Source: Chitinophagia bacterium (GTDB taxonomy: Bacteria; Bacteroidota; Bacteroidia; Chitinophagales; Chitinophagaceae). Taken from it: a DNA stretch of 40,140 nucleotides. Under the pieces are notes generated by a model. It did not search any database. It was not told the DNA's origin and worked only from the letters and a program-made list of their open reading frames with translations. Below, piece after piece: positions 1-8,487 of the stretch (within the stretch, counting starts at the first letter, position 1; every line of letters begins with the position of its first letter). The translations under genes and the position numbers were made by a program. The stretch covers positions 1-40,140 of the forward strand of contig JBFYPP010000001.1 in NCBI GenBank assembly GCA_041303255.1, given 5' to 3'.

Positions 1-2
1 CC

Positions 3-938
3 AGGAAACTAAGTACATCATTTAAAGATAAATTAAGAGAAGATGGTATAAAACTGAGGTTTTTCAACCCTATTTTTAAAAGCGAACGATTTTACTTTGG
101 CAGAAGGCTTCATCATAAAATTGTAGTCTGCGATGGCACTATCGCATTGGTGGGTGGAATTAATATTTCAAACAGATACAATGATTTGCCAGGTAATCCA
201 GCATGGCTTGATTGGGCAATTCAAATTAGGGGTGATGTCGCCTATGAACTTCACAAACTTTGCAATCAATTTTATTCGAAATGGAACAACGACACGATTG
301 ATCTAGATAGAAAAGAGGTTCTGGAAAATATTGACCTCTCTCTGCATTGTGCTGTACGTATTAGAAGAAATGATTGGGTGATGAACAAGAATCAAATTTC
401 CGCAAGTTATATGGAGATGTTGAAAAATGCCCAAGATGAAATTATTATTATGTCGAGCTATTTTATCCCCAGCAGCTTTATTCGCATGAGTATGGTGCAG
501 GCCATCAACAGAGGCGTAAAAATTAAACTGATACTCGCAGCAATCTCTGATATAGGAATTGCCAAATATACAGAAAGGTACCTATACGCTTGGGCACTTA
601 GACAAGGCATCGAAATCTTTGAATACAAAAAAAATGTGCTACACGGAAAAATAGCGGTATGTGACAAACGAATTGTTACCATCGGCTCATACAATATAAA
701 TGACATCAGCGCGCTTGCAAGCATCGAATTAAATGTAGACGTAGAAGAGCAACAGTTTGCAAATACGGTTACCTCAGCGCTCAAAGAGATTATCCAAAGA
801 GATTGCAACAAAATCAACCCAAAAACCTTTAATACATCTCAACCTATTTTTGAAAAACTCCTTCAATGGATATCGTATCGAACATTTCGTCTTGTTTTTA
901 GGTTATTTACTTTCTACTTTACAAAACAGCGAAAATGA
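3..938 (+). CDS. cls: Cardiolipin synthase / phospholipase D family protein, 5' end outside the window
   Basis: The frame of ORF 147..938 is open back to base 3 and reads FYFGRRLHHKIVVCDGTIALVGGINI (first HKD motif). The second HKD motif is LHGKIAVCDKRIVTIGSYN. Confidence 0.85.
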   Translation, partial: RKLSTSFKDKLREDGIKLRFFNPIFKSERFYFGRRLHHKIVVCDGTIALVGGINISNRYNDLPGNPAWLDWAIQIRGDVAYELHKLCNQFYSKWNNDTIDLDRKEVLENIDLSLHCAVRIRRNDWVMNKNQISASYMEMLKNAQDEIIIMSSYFIPSSFIRMSMVQAINRGVKIKLILAAISDIGIAKYTERYLYAWALRQGIEIFEYKKNVLHGKIAVCDKRIVTIGSYNINDISALASIELNVDVEEQQFANTVTSALKEIIQRDCNKINPKTFNTSQPIFEKLLQWISYRTFRLVFRLFTFYFTKQRK

Positions 939-1087
939 AAATGAGAAAAAAAAGCGATTTACCCGAAAAGATTTGTCCGGCTTGCAACAGACCTTTTAAT
1001 TGGAGAAAAAAATGGGAAAAGAACTGGAATGAGGTAGTTTACTGTAGTGACAAGTGCAGAAAAAACAAAAGCAATAATCATAAGTAG
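935..1087 (+). CDS. DUF2256-family small Cys-rich protein, 50 aa (absent from the ORF track)
   Basis: Manual translation: MKMRKKSDLPEKICPACNRPFNWRKKWEKNWNEVVYCSDKCRKNKSNNHK. It has the LPxKxCxxCxRPFxWRKKWxxxWxEVxYCSxxCR pattern. ATGA overlap with the cls stop; an alternative ATG is at 941. Confidence 0.9.
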   Translation: MKMRKKSDLPEKICPACNRPFNWRKKWEKNWNEVVYCSDKCRKNKSNNHK

Positions 1088-1088
1088 G

Positions 1089-1104
1089 CATGACCAAAAT
1101 CATG
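1089..1104 (+). promoter_or_regulatory. Putative CRP/FNR-family operator (CATGAC-CAAA-ATCATG)
   Basis: Dyad TGAC-N4-ATCA lies about 30 nt upstream of a TATATTTA -7-like element (1126-1133) in front of the 1150 gene. Confidence 0.55.
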
Positions 1105-1149
1105 GTACAAGAAATTCACCATTTCTATATTTAGAAAAAGCTAAAACCC

Positions 1150-1605
1150 ATGAATGGCGAACTGAATGAACAGCAGATCAACAATATACTAGCCAGTCAG
1201 GCAATTGGAAGAATCGCTTGTTGTGATAATCAATACCCTTACATAGTTCCACTTACCTACTCATTTGATGGAAAATTCATCTATAGCCAATCCATAGAGG
1301 GAAAGAAGCTAGAACTACTTCGAAAAAATCCAAATGTTTGCTTTGAGGTAGATGTGTCAAATGACATGTCTAATTGGCAAAGTGCAGTTGTTTATGGCCA
1401 ATTTGAGGAGCTAGAAGGTGAAGATGCCGCTCTTGCTCGAGAACTTTTGTTCAATAAAGTAATACCGCTGTTGACCTCCTCCACCATACACGAACATGAA
1501 CATTGTGAAGGAAAGGGGCATGAATTGTCTGATAAAAACAGAGTAAAGCCCATCATGTTTAGAATAAAAATTAACGAGAAAACCGGACGTTTTGAGAAAC
1601 GATAA
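1150..1605 (+). CDS. Pyridoxamine 5'-phosphate oxidase-like (NimA-like) flavin-binding protein
   Basis: GRIACC..PYIVP, GKKLELLRKNPNVCFEVD, WQSAVVYGQFEEL and the C-terminal KTGRFE are typical of this split-barrel family. Confidence 0.85.
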   Translation: MNGELNEQQINNILASQAIGRIACCDNQYPYIVPLTYSFDGKFIYSQSIEGKKLELLRKNPNVCFEVDVSNDMSNWQSAVVYGQFEELEGEDAALARELLFNKVIPLLTSSTIHEHEHCEGKGHELSDKNRVKPIMFRIKINEKTGRFEKR

Positions 1606-1615
1606 TTGAAACATC

Positions 1616-1696
1616 ATGCTTTTCAAAAACAGGAAGGATGCCCGAATGCAATTGGCCAGCACCACCAAAGATGGCGTTTTCAAACAAATGAATTAA
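1616..1696 (+). pseudogene. Probable N-terminal relic of a phosphoribosyltransferase-family gene (26 codons)
   Basis: Translation MLFKNRKDARMQLASTTKDGVFKQMN* resembles the F-x-(D/N)-R-x-D-A-G-x-x-L-A start of that family and then stops. It begins 10 nt after the upstream stop. Confidence 0.5.
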
Positions 1697-1790
1697 TGGT
1701 TTTATCTTAAAAATATTAAGTATTTTTACTTACAAGTTTTATCTCGATAAGAATTTTCTTTTTCATTCGAAGTAACCCCCAATTTAAAAT

Positions 1791-2129
1791 ATGGATTTCA
1801 AGAGGCTGAACAACATGACTGGTAAAGATCCTGTTTTAAATAGAAGAATCACTTCTATATTTATCAATGATTATGAGAATTTCTTGCACCTATTTTCTGA
1901 ACTTCCCAATACCAGCGACTTAACTGAACTCAATTTTCTAATTCATAAAAACAGTCCCAGTTTCATGATTTTTGAACTTGAATCAATTTTGGCTGGTTAC
2001 ACCGCGCTTGTTGAAAAGAAAATTAAAGGAGAAGAAATCACCAAAGACAATACCGAGTTTCAGCATTTAATTGACGATACAAAACTAAAAATCCAAAGCT
2101 TAAGGAATTTTCTTGCTCAGCTAAACTAA
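1791..2129 (+). CDS. Stand-alone Hpt (histidine phosphotransfer)-like protein
   Basis: 112 aa, apparently helical. N-terminal DFKRLNNMTGKD and LIHKNSPSF resemble the H-K-x-K-P-S phospho-His motif of Bacteroidota Hpt proteins. Confidence 0.55.
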   Translation: MDFKRLNNMTGKDPVLNRRITSIFINDYENFLHLFSELPNTSDLTELNFLIHKNSPSFMIFELESILAGYTALVEKKIKGEEITKDNTEFQHLIDDTKLKIQSLRNFLAQLN

Positions 2130-2132
2130 TCT

Positions 2133-2780
2133 TTAGTTCCCGTAAAACTTATTGTAAGCTTCTACCCTATTGTTTACATGAAGCTTTTTGTAAATATTGT
2201 AGACATGCTTTCGCACTGTCTCTTGTGCAATACCAAGTTCCACAGCAATTTCTTTATAGAGAAGACCTTTTACCAATAATTCTAACAATTCATATTCACG
2301 GGCAGATAAACACTCAAGACGCTGTACTTCTCTATCTGTTTCTTTTTGCTGAAAACTATCGACAACTTTTTTTGCAATCCTTCCACTCATTGGAGCTCCA
2401 CCTTCTTTTAACTCTTTAATAGCAGCAATCAACTCATCCGGTTTGGTATCCTTCAATACATATCCACTAGCTCCAACTGAGAGTGCTTCAAATATCTTAT
2501 CCGCCTCTTCATGGACAGTACACATCATGAACTGAATGCTTGGAAATTGTTTTTTTAAATGCTTTACAGCACTGATACCAGAAATTTTTCCCAGGTCGAT
2601 ATCCATTAAAACTACATCAGGTGGGTTTTTACAAAGCCCTTCTACGGCATCTTCTCCGGAAGTAAAAACATCAGCAATTAAACAAGTTTCAGATTTGCGG
2701 ATAACCTGTTCAATTGCATTGCGAACAAAATGATTGTCTTCAACAATACTGACTTTTATTTTGTCAGGGGCTTTATCCAT
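2133..2780 (-). CDS. NarL/FixJ-family response regulator (REC plus LuxR HTH)
   Basis: IVEDN, PDVVLMDIDL (phospho-Asp), GASGYVLKD; HTH region LSAREYELLELLVKGLLYKEIA...YKKLHV. Confidence 0.93.
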   Translation of the reverse strand: MDKAPDKIKVSIVEDNHFVRNAIEQVIRKSETCLIADVFTSGEDAVEGLCKNPPDVVLMDIDLGKISGISAVKHLKKQFPSIQFMMCTVHEEADKIFEALSVGASGYVLKDTKPDELIAAIKELKEGGAPMSGRIAKKVVDSFQQKETDREVQRLECLSAREYELLELLVKGLLYKEIAVELGIAQETVRKHVYNIYKKLHVNNRVEAYNKFYGN

Positions 2781-2856
2781 GAATGATAGAACTGTTGCGG
2801 ATTTGGGTTTAAAATGGTATAACGAAGCTAGTGCAAAAAAACCAAATACTACCTAG

Positions 2857-3504
2857 TTACACTGGGACATACAGGATGAATTTTTCATCAAAAATAGGCT
2901 CAGGAAATAGCCTTTGAATAGGGGTTACATGTGGACGTAAAATCGAATCAGCAATCTCTTGGGTAAGATCACCTCCTTTCAAGCATATTAAACCATTTTT
3001 GTGCTCCTCCATCGTCCTTGCATTTCTAATTAGCGGCTTCCCCCATGTCCATAATTCTTTGAGAGGAGCAACTGCTCTAGAAACAACAAAATCAAATTTT
3101 CTACCCGTGATATTCTCAGCTCTTGTATGTTCAAATGTCAGGTTGTCTAATCCAAGTTCCTGTTTTACTGCGTCTACCACTTTTAACTTTTTGGCAATAG
3201 AATCAACCAAATGAAATTTTACCTCAGGAAAAAAAATGGCCAAAGGAACTCCTGGAAAACCTCCTCCAGTACCGATATCAATTATTTCCAACCCTGACAC
3301 AAATGGATATTGAGCTGCAATAGAGAGGGAATGTAAAACGTGTCTTTCATACAAGGATTCAATGTCTTTTCGAGAGATCACGTTGATTTGTTGATTCCAT
3401 TCAGTATAAATTGGAGCGAGTTGTTTAAACTGCTCTAATTGTCTTGGTGAAAAGTCAGAAAAATACTTTGTAATCAGCTCCAATGGGTCTTTGGTGTTTT
3501 CCAT
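2857..3504 (-). CDS. rsmG: 16S rRNA m7G527 methyltransferase
   Basis: WNQQINVISR, HVLHSL, DIGTGGGFPGVPLAI, FVVSRAV, LKGGDL. Confidence 0.95.
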   Translation of the reverse strand: MENTKDPLELITKYFSDFSPRQLEQFKQLAPIYTEWNQQINVISRKDIESLYERHVLHSLSIAAQYPFVSGLEIIDIGTGGGFPGVPLAIFFPEVKFHLVDSIAKKLKVVDAVKQELGLDNLTFEHTRAENITGRKFDFVVSRAVAPLKELWTWGKPLIRNARTMEEHKNGLICLKGGDLTQEIADSILRPHVTPIQRLFPEPIFDEKFILYVPV

Positions 3505-4589
3505 AATGACGACATAAAAATCAAATAATAAAAGAACATCCAGAGATCAAAAAGTGGAAAAAAAACAAAGAGGTCTGATTCTCCCAATTTTTTCATTGAT
3601 TTATAAAAAACCAATCCTTGAATCAATAGTTTTAAGATCAGCAATCCCAAAACCCACTTCCAATCAAAGGTAAATAATGCAACAACCATCAAGGGATAAA
3701 AAAGAAATTGACTAACCATGTATAATCCGAGTACCCATTTGTGAACTGACTTGTAATACTTTCCCGTAGCATTGTGCCTTTCTTTCTGAGATAGCCATTC
3801 CGACCATTTTCGGGAAGGTGTAGAATAGGTAAAGGCCTCTTGATCAAGAACCACGGTTGTATTTTGTTTACGGGCACAGCCATTTATAAAAAGGTCATCA
3901 TCTCCTCCTGGTAAATGGTGATGTGCAGCAAACCCTTTTTGCTTAAAAAAAAGTTCTTTTTTATAAGCCAAGTTCCTACCAACACCCATATAGGGCATGC
4001 CACCAATGGCAAAAGACAAGTATTGCAATGCCGTGTGAAAAGTATCAAAACGTATAATCCGGTTAAGTATGCCTTTTTCTTTTTTGTACGCACCGTAGCC
4101 CAATACTATTTCAATTCCTGAATGAAAGGCAGCCTGCATTTTTTTGATCCAGTGTTCTGAAGCAGGAATACAATCTGCATCCGTAAGCAAAAGCACTTCG
4201 TATTTTGCTGATTTAATACCCATAGAAAGCGGGAATTTTTTTCCGGGGATATGGACCGCTTCTTGCTTAAGTTCCACAATATGCAACTGTTTGAAGTCTC
4301 GGTAAAGTCCTTCTAACAGGAACTTGGTGTCATCTTGAGAATTGTCATTTACAACAACAATTTCATGTGTACTGCGATAGGATTGCGCAAGTACCCCAGG
4401 GAGATTTTGCTCAATTTCATTGGCTTCATCTCTTGCACAAACAATTACACTTACCGCATGTTCGTAGGAGAATTCCTTATCTTTTGGCTTGTAAAAAGCC
4501 AATAATCGGAAATACCGCAGGTAATAAAACAACTGAATTAGGGTAACCAAGAAAAATGCCAACATGGGCAGCCACAACAACATACTCAT
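3474..4589 (-). CDS. Family 2 membrane glycosyltransferase
   Basis: VSVIVCARDE, VNDNSQD, GKKFPL, TDADC (DxD), GDDDL, QKERH and terminal TM helices. Start placed at ATG 4589 (alternative 4583) to avoid overlap with folC. Confidence 0.88.
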   Translation of the reverse strand: MSMLLWLPMLAFFLVTLIQLFYYLRYFRLLAFYKPKDKEFSYEHAVSVIVCARDEANEIEQNLPGVLAQSYRSTHEIVVVNDNSQDDTKFLLEGLYRDFKQLHIVELKQEAVHIPGKKFPLSMGIKSAKYEVLLLTDADCIPASEHWIKKMQAAFHSGIEIVLGYGAYKKEKGILNRIIRFDTFHTALQYLSFAIGGMPYMGVGRNLAYKKELFFKQKGFAAHHHLPGGDDDLFINGCARKQNTTVVLDQEAFTYSTPSRKWSEWLSQKERHNATGKYYKSVHKWVLGLYMVSQFLFYPLMVVALFTFDWKWVLGLLILKLLIQGLVFYKSMKKLGESDLFVFFPLFDLWMFFYYLIFMSSLWKTPKTHWS

Positions 4590-4594
4590 GGTTT

Positions 4595-4613
4595 CGAAGA
4601 TACAATATCTTTG
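4595..4613. promoter_or_regulatory. Back-to-back Bacteroidota -7 promoter elements for the glycosyltransferase (minus) and folC (plus)
   Basis: TATCTTTG on + at 4606-4613 and TATCTTCG on - at 4602-4595, separated by 3 bp. Confidence 0.65.
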
Positions 4614-4617
4614 CAGC

Positions 4618-5919
4618 ATGAACTACAAAGCTTGTGTTGAATATCTGTACACAAAATTACCCATGTTTTTAAAGACAGGATCTGCTTCCATGAAAATGGA
4701 CTTGGCCAATACCTATGCCATTTGTTCATTTCTAGGAGACCCTCAAAATAAGTTCAAAACCATTCATATTGCAGGCACCAATGGAAAGGGTTCTGTCAGT
4801 CACTTGCTGTCGTCTATTCTACAAGAAGCCGGTTACAGAACAGGCTTATACACCTCGCCACACCTTGAAGATTTTAGAGAACGAATTCGGATTAATGGAG
4901 AAATGATTCCTGAAAAAGAAGTAATTGATTTTACAGAAAAGATCAATCCGCTTATTGAAGAAATAGAACCTTCTTTTTTTGAAGTTACGGTTGGCATGGC
5001 CTTTGATTATTTTGCCAAAGAAAAAGTAGACATTGCAATAATCGAAACCGGTCTAGGTGGTAGATTAGACAGCACCAATGTGATTTATCCAGAACTATCG
5101 ATTATCACCAATATTAGTTATGACCATGTGCAAATTCTTGGCAACACCTTAGAAAAAATTGCATCTGAAAAAGCAGGTATCATCAAAAAAGACACTGCAG
5201 TGGTTATTGGGAAAACTCAGTTGGAAACAAAACCTGTATTTCAAGAAAAAGCAGCAGCTATGGGTGCCAACATCATTTATGCTGATCAACAGTGGAGCAC
5301 TAAAATACTAGAGCAAAACCCCAGCAAATTAACCATCGAAATAACCAGCTTAATCAATCAGTCTCAGTATAACTATACCTGTCCCTTAGCAGGGAGCTAT
5401 CAACAAGAAAATATACGGACAGTCAGAACAGCGGTTGACCAACTGAACTTGATGGGATGGCAATTGGATGAAATTGCGATAAAAAACGGAATTTCAAATG
5501 TCATAGACAATACCAGTTTACACGGCAGATGGGAGACCATCTCAAACTCTCCATTAATTATTCTTGATGTAGCGCACAATGGGGATGGAATGCAAAAAAT
5601 GATCGAACAACTCAATAGATTCAAATTCAAAAATCTATATATAGTTATTGGAATTTCTGCAGATAAAGATATTAATGAAGTGCTGTCTTTGCTTCCTAAG
5701 CACGCAAACTATGCTTTTACCAAAGCCAATTTACCTAGAGCAATGGAACCTGGTCAGCTGAAAAAAATTGCAGAAAATTACGAACTGAAAGGAGATACCT
5801 ACGACAATGTAAATGAAGCCTTATCCGCATTCAAAGAAAGAGCTAAAGAGGAAGACATTATTGTAGTCTGCGGCAGTATTTTTGTTGTTGGGGAAGTAGA
5901 CAGAAAAAGGTTTGCTTAA
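4618..5919 (+). CDS. folC: Bifunctional folylpolyglutamate synthase / dihydrofolate synthase
   Basis: HIAGTNGKGS, YTSPHL..FRERIRING, ETGLGGRLDSTN, EKAGIIK, LDVAHN, CGSIFVVGE. Start taken at MNYK (4618). Confidence 0.95.
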   Translation: MNYKACVEYLYTKLPMFLKTGSASMKMDLANTYAICSFLGDPQNKFKTIHIAGTNGKGSVSHLLSSILQEAGYRTGLYTSPHLEDFRERIRINGEMIPEKEVIDFTEKINPLIEEIEPSFFEVTVGMAFDYFAKEKVDIAIIETGLGGRLDSTNVIYPELSIITNISYDHVQILGNTLEKIASEKAGIIKKDTAVVIGKTQLETKPVFQEKAAAMGANIIYADQQWSTKILEQNPSKLTIEITSLINQSQYNYTCPLAGSYQQENIRTVRTAVDQLNLMGWQLDEIAIKNGISNVIDNTSLHGRWETISNSPLIILDVAHNGDGMQKMIEQLNRFKFKNLYIVIGISADKDINEVLSLLPKHANYAFTKANLPRAMEPGQLKKIAENYELKGDTYDNVNEALSAFKERAKEEDIIVVCGSIFVVGEVDRKRFA

Positions 5920-6464
5920 TACTTTAATTCCCCTAACTTTTCCAGGGCATAAAGAAGTGCGGTCACATGCATACTTTGCATGATTTCTTGATTTCGTAAC
6001 AGGTCCTTCACTTGATTTAATTTGAGTAAGCATATTTCAATCTCCTCATTGGGATCCAACTCTTGTTCACTTTTCTTCTTGCCTCCTGTAGCTAAAAAAA
6101 AATGCATCCAATTGTTGTGGGTGGAAGGATTGGCAGAAGTTTTACCCAAATAGTGATATTCCTTAAATACATAGCCGGTTTCCTCTTTCAATTCTCTTGC
6201 AATGGCCGATTCTAAATTTAAATCCTGAGGATCTACGCATCCGCCAGGAATTTCCAGCATGGTTAGACCTGCTGCGTGCCTATACTGCCGTTCAAAAATA
6301 AAGTCGCCTTCCTCGGTTACCGCCACGGCTGTGACCCATTCTGGAAATTCGTAAACATAATACGGATCAACCAATTGTCCCCCACTTCTTTCACAAGTAT
6401 CTTTTCTAACGGTAAACCAGAGGTCTTTGAATAAGTATTCAGACTTGAGCAGCTTCCAATTCAT
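5916..6464 (-). CDS. NUDIX hydrolase (ADP-ribose pyrophosphatase-like)
   Basis: RQYRH..EIPGG and Nudix box ARELKEETG; C-terminal QELDPNEEIE. Confidence 0.9.
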   Translation of the reverse strand: MNWKLLKSEYLFKDLWFTVRKDTCERSGGQLVDPYYVYEFPEWVTAVAVTEEGDFIFERQYRHAAGLTMLEIPGGCVDPQDLNLESAIARELKEETGYVFKEYHYLGKTSANPSTHNNWMHFFLATGGKKKSEQELDPNEEIEICLLKLNQVKDLLRNQEIMQSMHVTALLYALEKLGELKY

Positions 6465-6465
6465 G

Positions 6466-7347
6466 TCAATTTTTTTGTGCTCTAATTAAAGCCCGTCGTA
6501 TAAACGGCGCCTTGATTTTTTTATCATAATGAAAAATCATATAACCCCTAGATGGCGTAACACTATAATTCATTTGTGTTAGCATTGTCGTAAACTCTTT
6601 TTCATCATTGTGTTGGTGGTAGGTACACAAAGCAATCTTCATGCTTGTTGAATGTTGTAGAATGTTCTCAAATCCTTTTAGCAAACCTCTTTCGCCCCCA
6701 TCCACATCAATTTTTAAAAAACTAATTTCTTTGTCTTTGAAAAAAACATCGCCAGAGCAGTGCTTCTCATCATTTTTATCTGAAACAAATTTGGAGACTA
6801 TCTCTACTTTGTCTTTCCATGGCCTAAAGGTCATCTCAAGCGCCTCGATCCATTCAGGATCGCATTCAAAAAGATAGGCTTTCTTAATTCTCTCTATAAC
6901 AGACAATGTAAAATTTCCCTCAGCAGCACCAAAATCAGCCAATACATCTTTTTCATCCAGATTAAAATCATTAGATAAATAGCGATGTGGACTCATTTCA
7001 TCCTGCTCCAAGGTTAAATCATGAAATGATTTTTTAATTCTTGCCACAGACCACTTACGTTTGAAATAAAGTTTTTTTTCCTCCATCAGCACATATTTCA
7101 AACCGCAAGTTTCATCTTGAAAAACTTCAATCGTCTCTTTGTTGTACTTGCGAGTGAATTGATAAGGAAAAATTTGAACACCCTCATGTTGAACGAACTC
7201 CACCACTTCTTTTCGTTCTTCATCTTGCTCATAATCCCGAGAAGCTAGATGGTATGTGGGTATTTCTTTTTTAAGCCTAGTCAACAAAAGTTTTGTTCTG
7301 ATTGGCTTTGGTACTAAAATTCTATACAACTGTGAAGAAAGGGACAT
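6466..7347 (-). CDS. FkbM-like SAM-dependent methyltransferase
   Basis: DFGAAEGNF, YLFE, FLKIDVDGGE, IALCTYH. Start uncertain (ATG 7347 versus 7374). Confidence 0.7.
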   Translation of the reverse strand: MSLSSQLYRILVPKPIRTKLLLTRLKKEIPTYHLASRDYEQDEERKEVVEFVQHEGVQIFPYQFTRKYNKETIEVFQDETCGLKYVLMEEKKLYFKRKWSVARIKKSFHDLTLEQDEMSPHRYLSNDFNLDEKDVLADFGAAEGNFTLSVIERIKKAYLFECDPEWIEALEMTFRPWKDKVEIVSKFVSDKNDEKHCSGDVFFKDKEISFLKIDVDGGERGLLKGFENILQHSTSMKIALCTYHQHNDEKEFTTMLTQMNYSVTPSRGYMIFHYDKKIKAPFIRRALIRAQKN

Positions 7348-7410
7348 GTCACTTTTTTGTTTTTCAAAAACCAAAAGTATCGAAAGATGTGCAGAAGCAA
7401 TACAAGCCTT

Positions 7411-8394
7411 CTATTTAAACCAACTAAGTGATAAAGCACCCGTTGTTTCAACGCCCAATGCAGCAGCAGCGGCATTACTTAACCTAAGAGATAAACCTTC
7501 ACTTTCTTTGCCCGGGGGAACTGCTCCTAATACTTTTGCATGCACGGTTTTCCCAGATCCAATAGCACCTACCTTGACAATTGTTCCGGGAACAACATCA
7601 TTCATGAGCATATAATACTTTCCGTCTTGCCACCCACTTGAGCTTTTAAATACACCAAAAGCCGGATTATCTAATCGCTGTTCTTTACCCTCTTTAGCTT
7701 GTTGATCAAAACCACCAGCAAAAAAACCAGTACCTGTTTTTACAATTGTACTTTGAGTCTTAGGTTGAGTAGACTGCTCTACTGGTTTTGCGACAGGAAT
7801 TAACACATTTTCCTTGGGCTTATCAGACACAGGAACGGGTTTCACTTCAGCCTTTGGAGTTGAAGTTGTTATGGATTTTGTTTCAACTGGTTTTGAATTA
7901 ACAGAAACATTGGAATTTGTTTCAACTGGCTTTGAATTAACAGAAACATTTGCAGTTCCAGCAGCCAGATATCCAACAATTAAACTGTATCCCAAACCAA
8001 TTTGGTCCGTCTTTAATCCATTTAGGTTCTTTATCCCATTGAGGTCCAATCCATAAGTACCCGCAATTCTCAACAACCCTTCTTTAGGCTCTACCACATG
8101 ATAAACTGGAGCGCCGCTGGATGCTGCTGTAGATTGAAAAAAATTCACACTGGTCAAAGGAACTTTAATCAACTGCCCTATAGAAAGTCCTTTTTCAAGT
8201 GTAAGTCCATTAAAACTTGCAATTTCTTTAGGACTGATAAAATAAGCCCTGCCAACGCTATACCAATTTTCCTTTGGCATTACCTTATGCTCAATATAAA
8301 TTCCATTGTTATTTTTATGCGCAATAAATTTATTTTGCTGCGCATTCAAAACAACAGAAACAAATAAAAAAATAGATAAGAGTATTGCTTTCAT
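7411..8394 (-). CDS. Secreted protein with two LysM domains and a C-terminal DPBB/RlpA-like domain
   Basis: Signal peptide MKAILLSIFLFVSVVLNAQ; LysM HKVMPKENWYSVGR..LSIGQLIKVP and HVVEPKEGLLRIA; low-complexity linker; GTIVKV...VHAKVLG...LRLSNAAAAALG. Confidence 0.8.
   Translation of the reverse strand: MKAILLSIFLFVSVVLNAQQNKFIAHKNNNGIYIEHKVMPKENWYSVGRAYFISPKEIASFNGLTLEKGLSIGQLIKVPLTSVNFFQSTAASSGAPVYHVVEPKEGLLRIAGTYGLDLNGIKNLNGLKTDQIGLGYSLIVGYLAAGTANVSVNSKPVETNSNVSVNSKPVETKSITTSTPKAEVKPVPVSDKPKENVLIPVAKPVEQSTQPKTQSTIVKTGTGFFAGGFDQQAKEGKEQRLDNPAFGVFKSSSGWQDGKYYMLMNDVVPGTIVKVGAIGSGKTVHAKVLGAVPPGKESEGLSLRLSNAAAAALGVETTGALSLSWFK
7877..7950. repeat. In-frame tandem duplication, period 39 bp
   Basis: 7877-7911 and 7916-7950 match at 34/35 nt and encode NVSVNSKPVET twice. 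Confidence 0.95.
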
Positions 8395-8487
8395 ATCAGA
8401 GACTTACACTACAAAATAATTCAATATTATCGAAGATAGCAAAAAGGGAATAGGCCTTACTACTGCAATTCTAATTTTAACAAAAGT

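Noticed and set aside
757-999. 80-aa plus-strand ORF overlapping the end of cls
   Set aside because: Out-of-frame shadow with no motif; the real downstream gene is the DUF2256 ORF at 935-1087.
4564-4619. Extended N-termini for folC (4564) and the glycosyltransferase (4619)
   Set aside because: They would overlap head-to-head. Family resemblance begins at MNYK and at about MSML, and promoter motifs lie between those starts.
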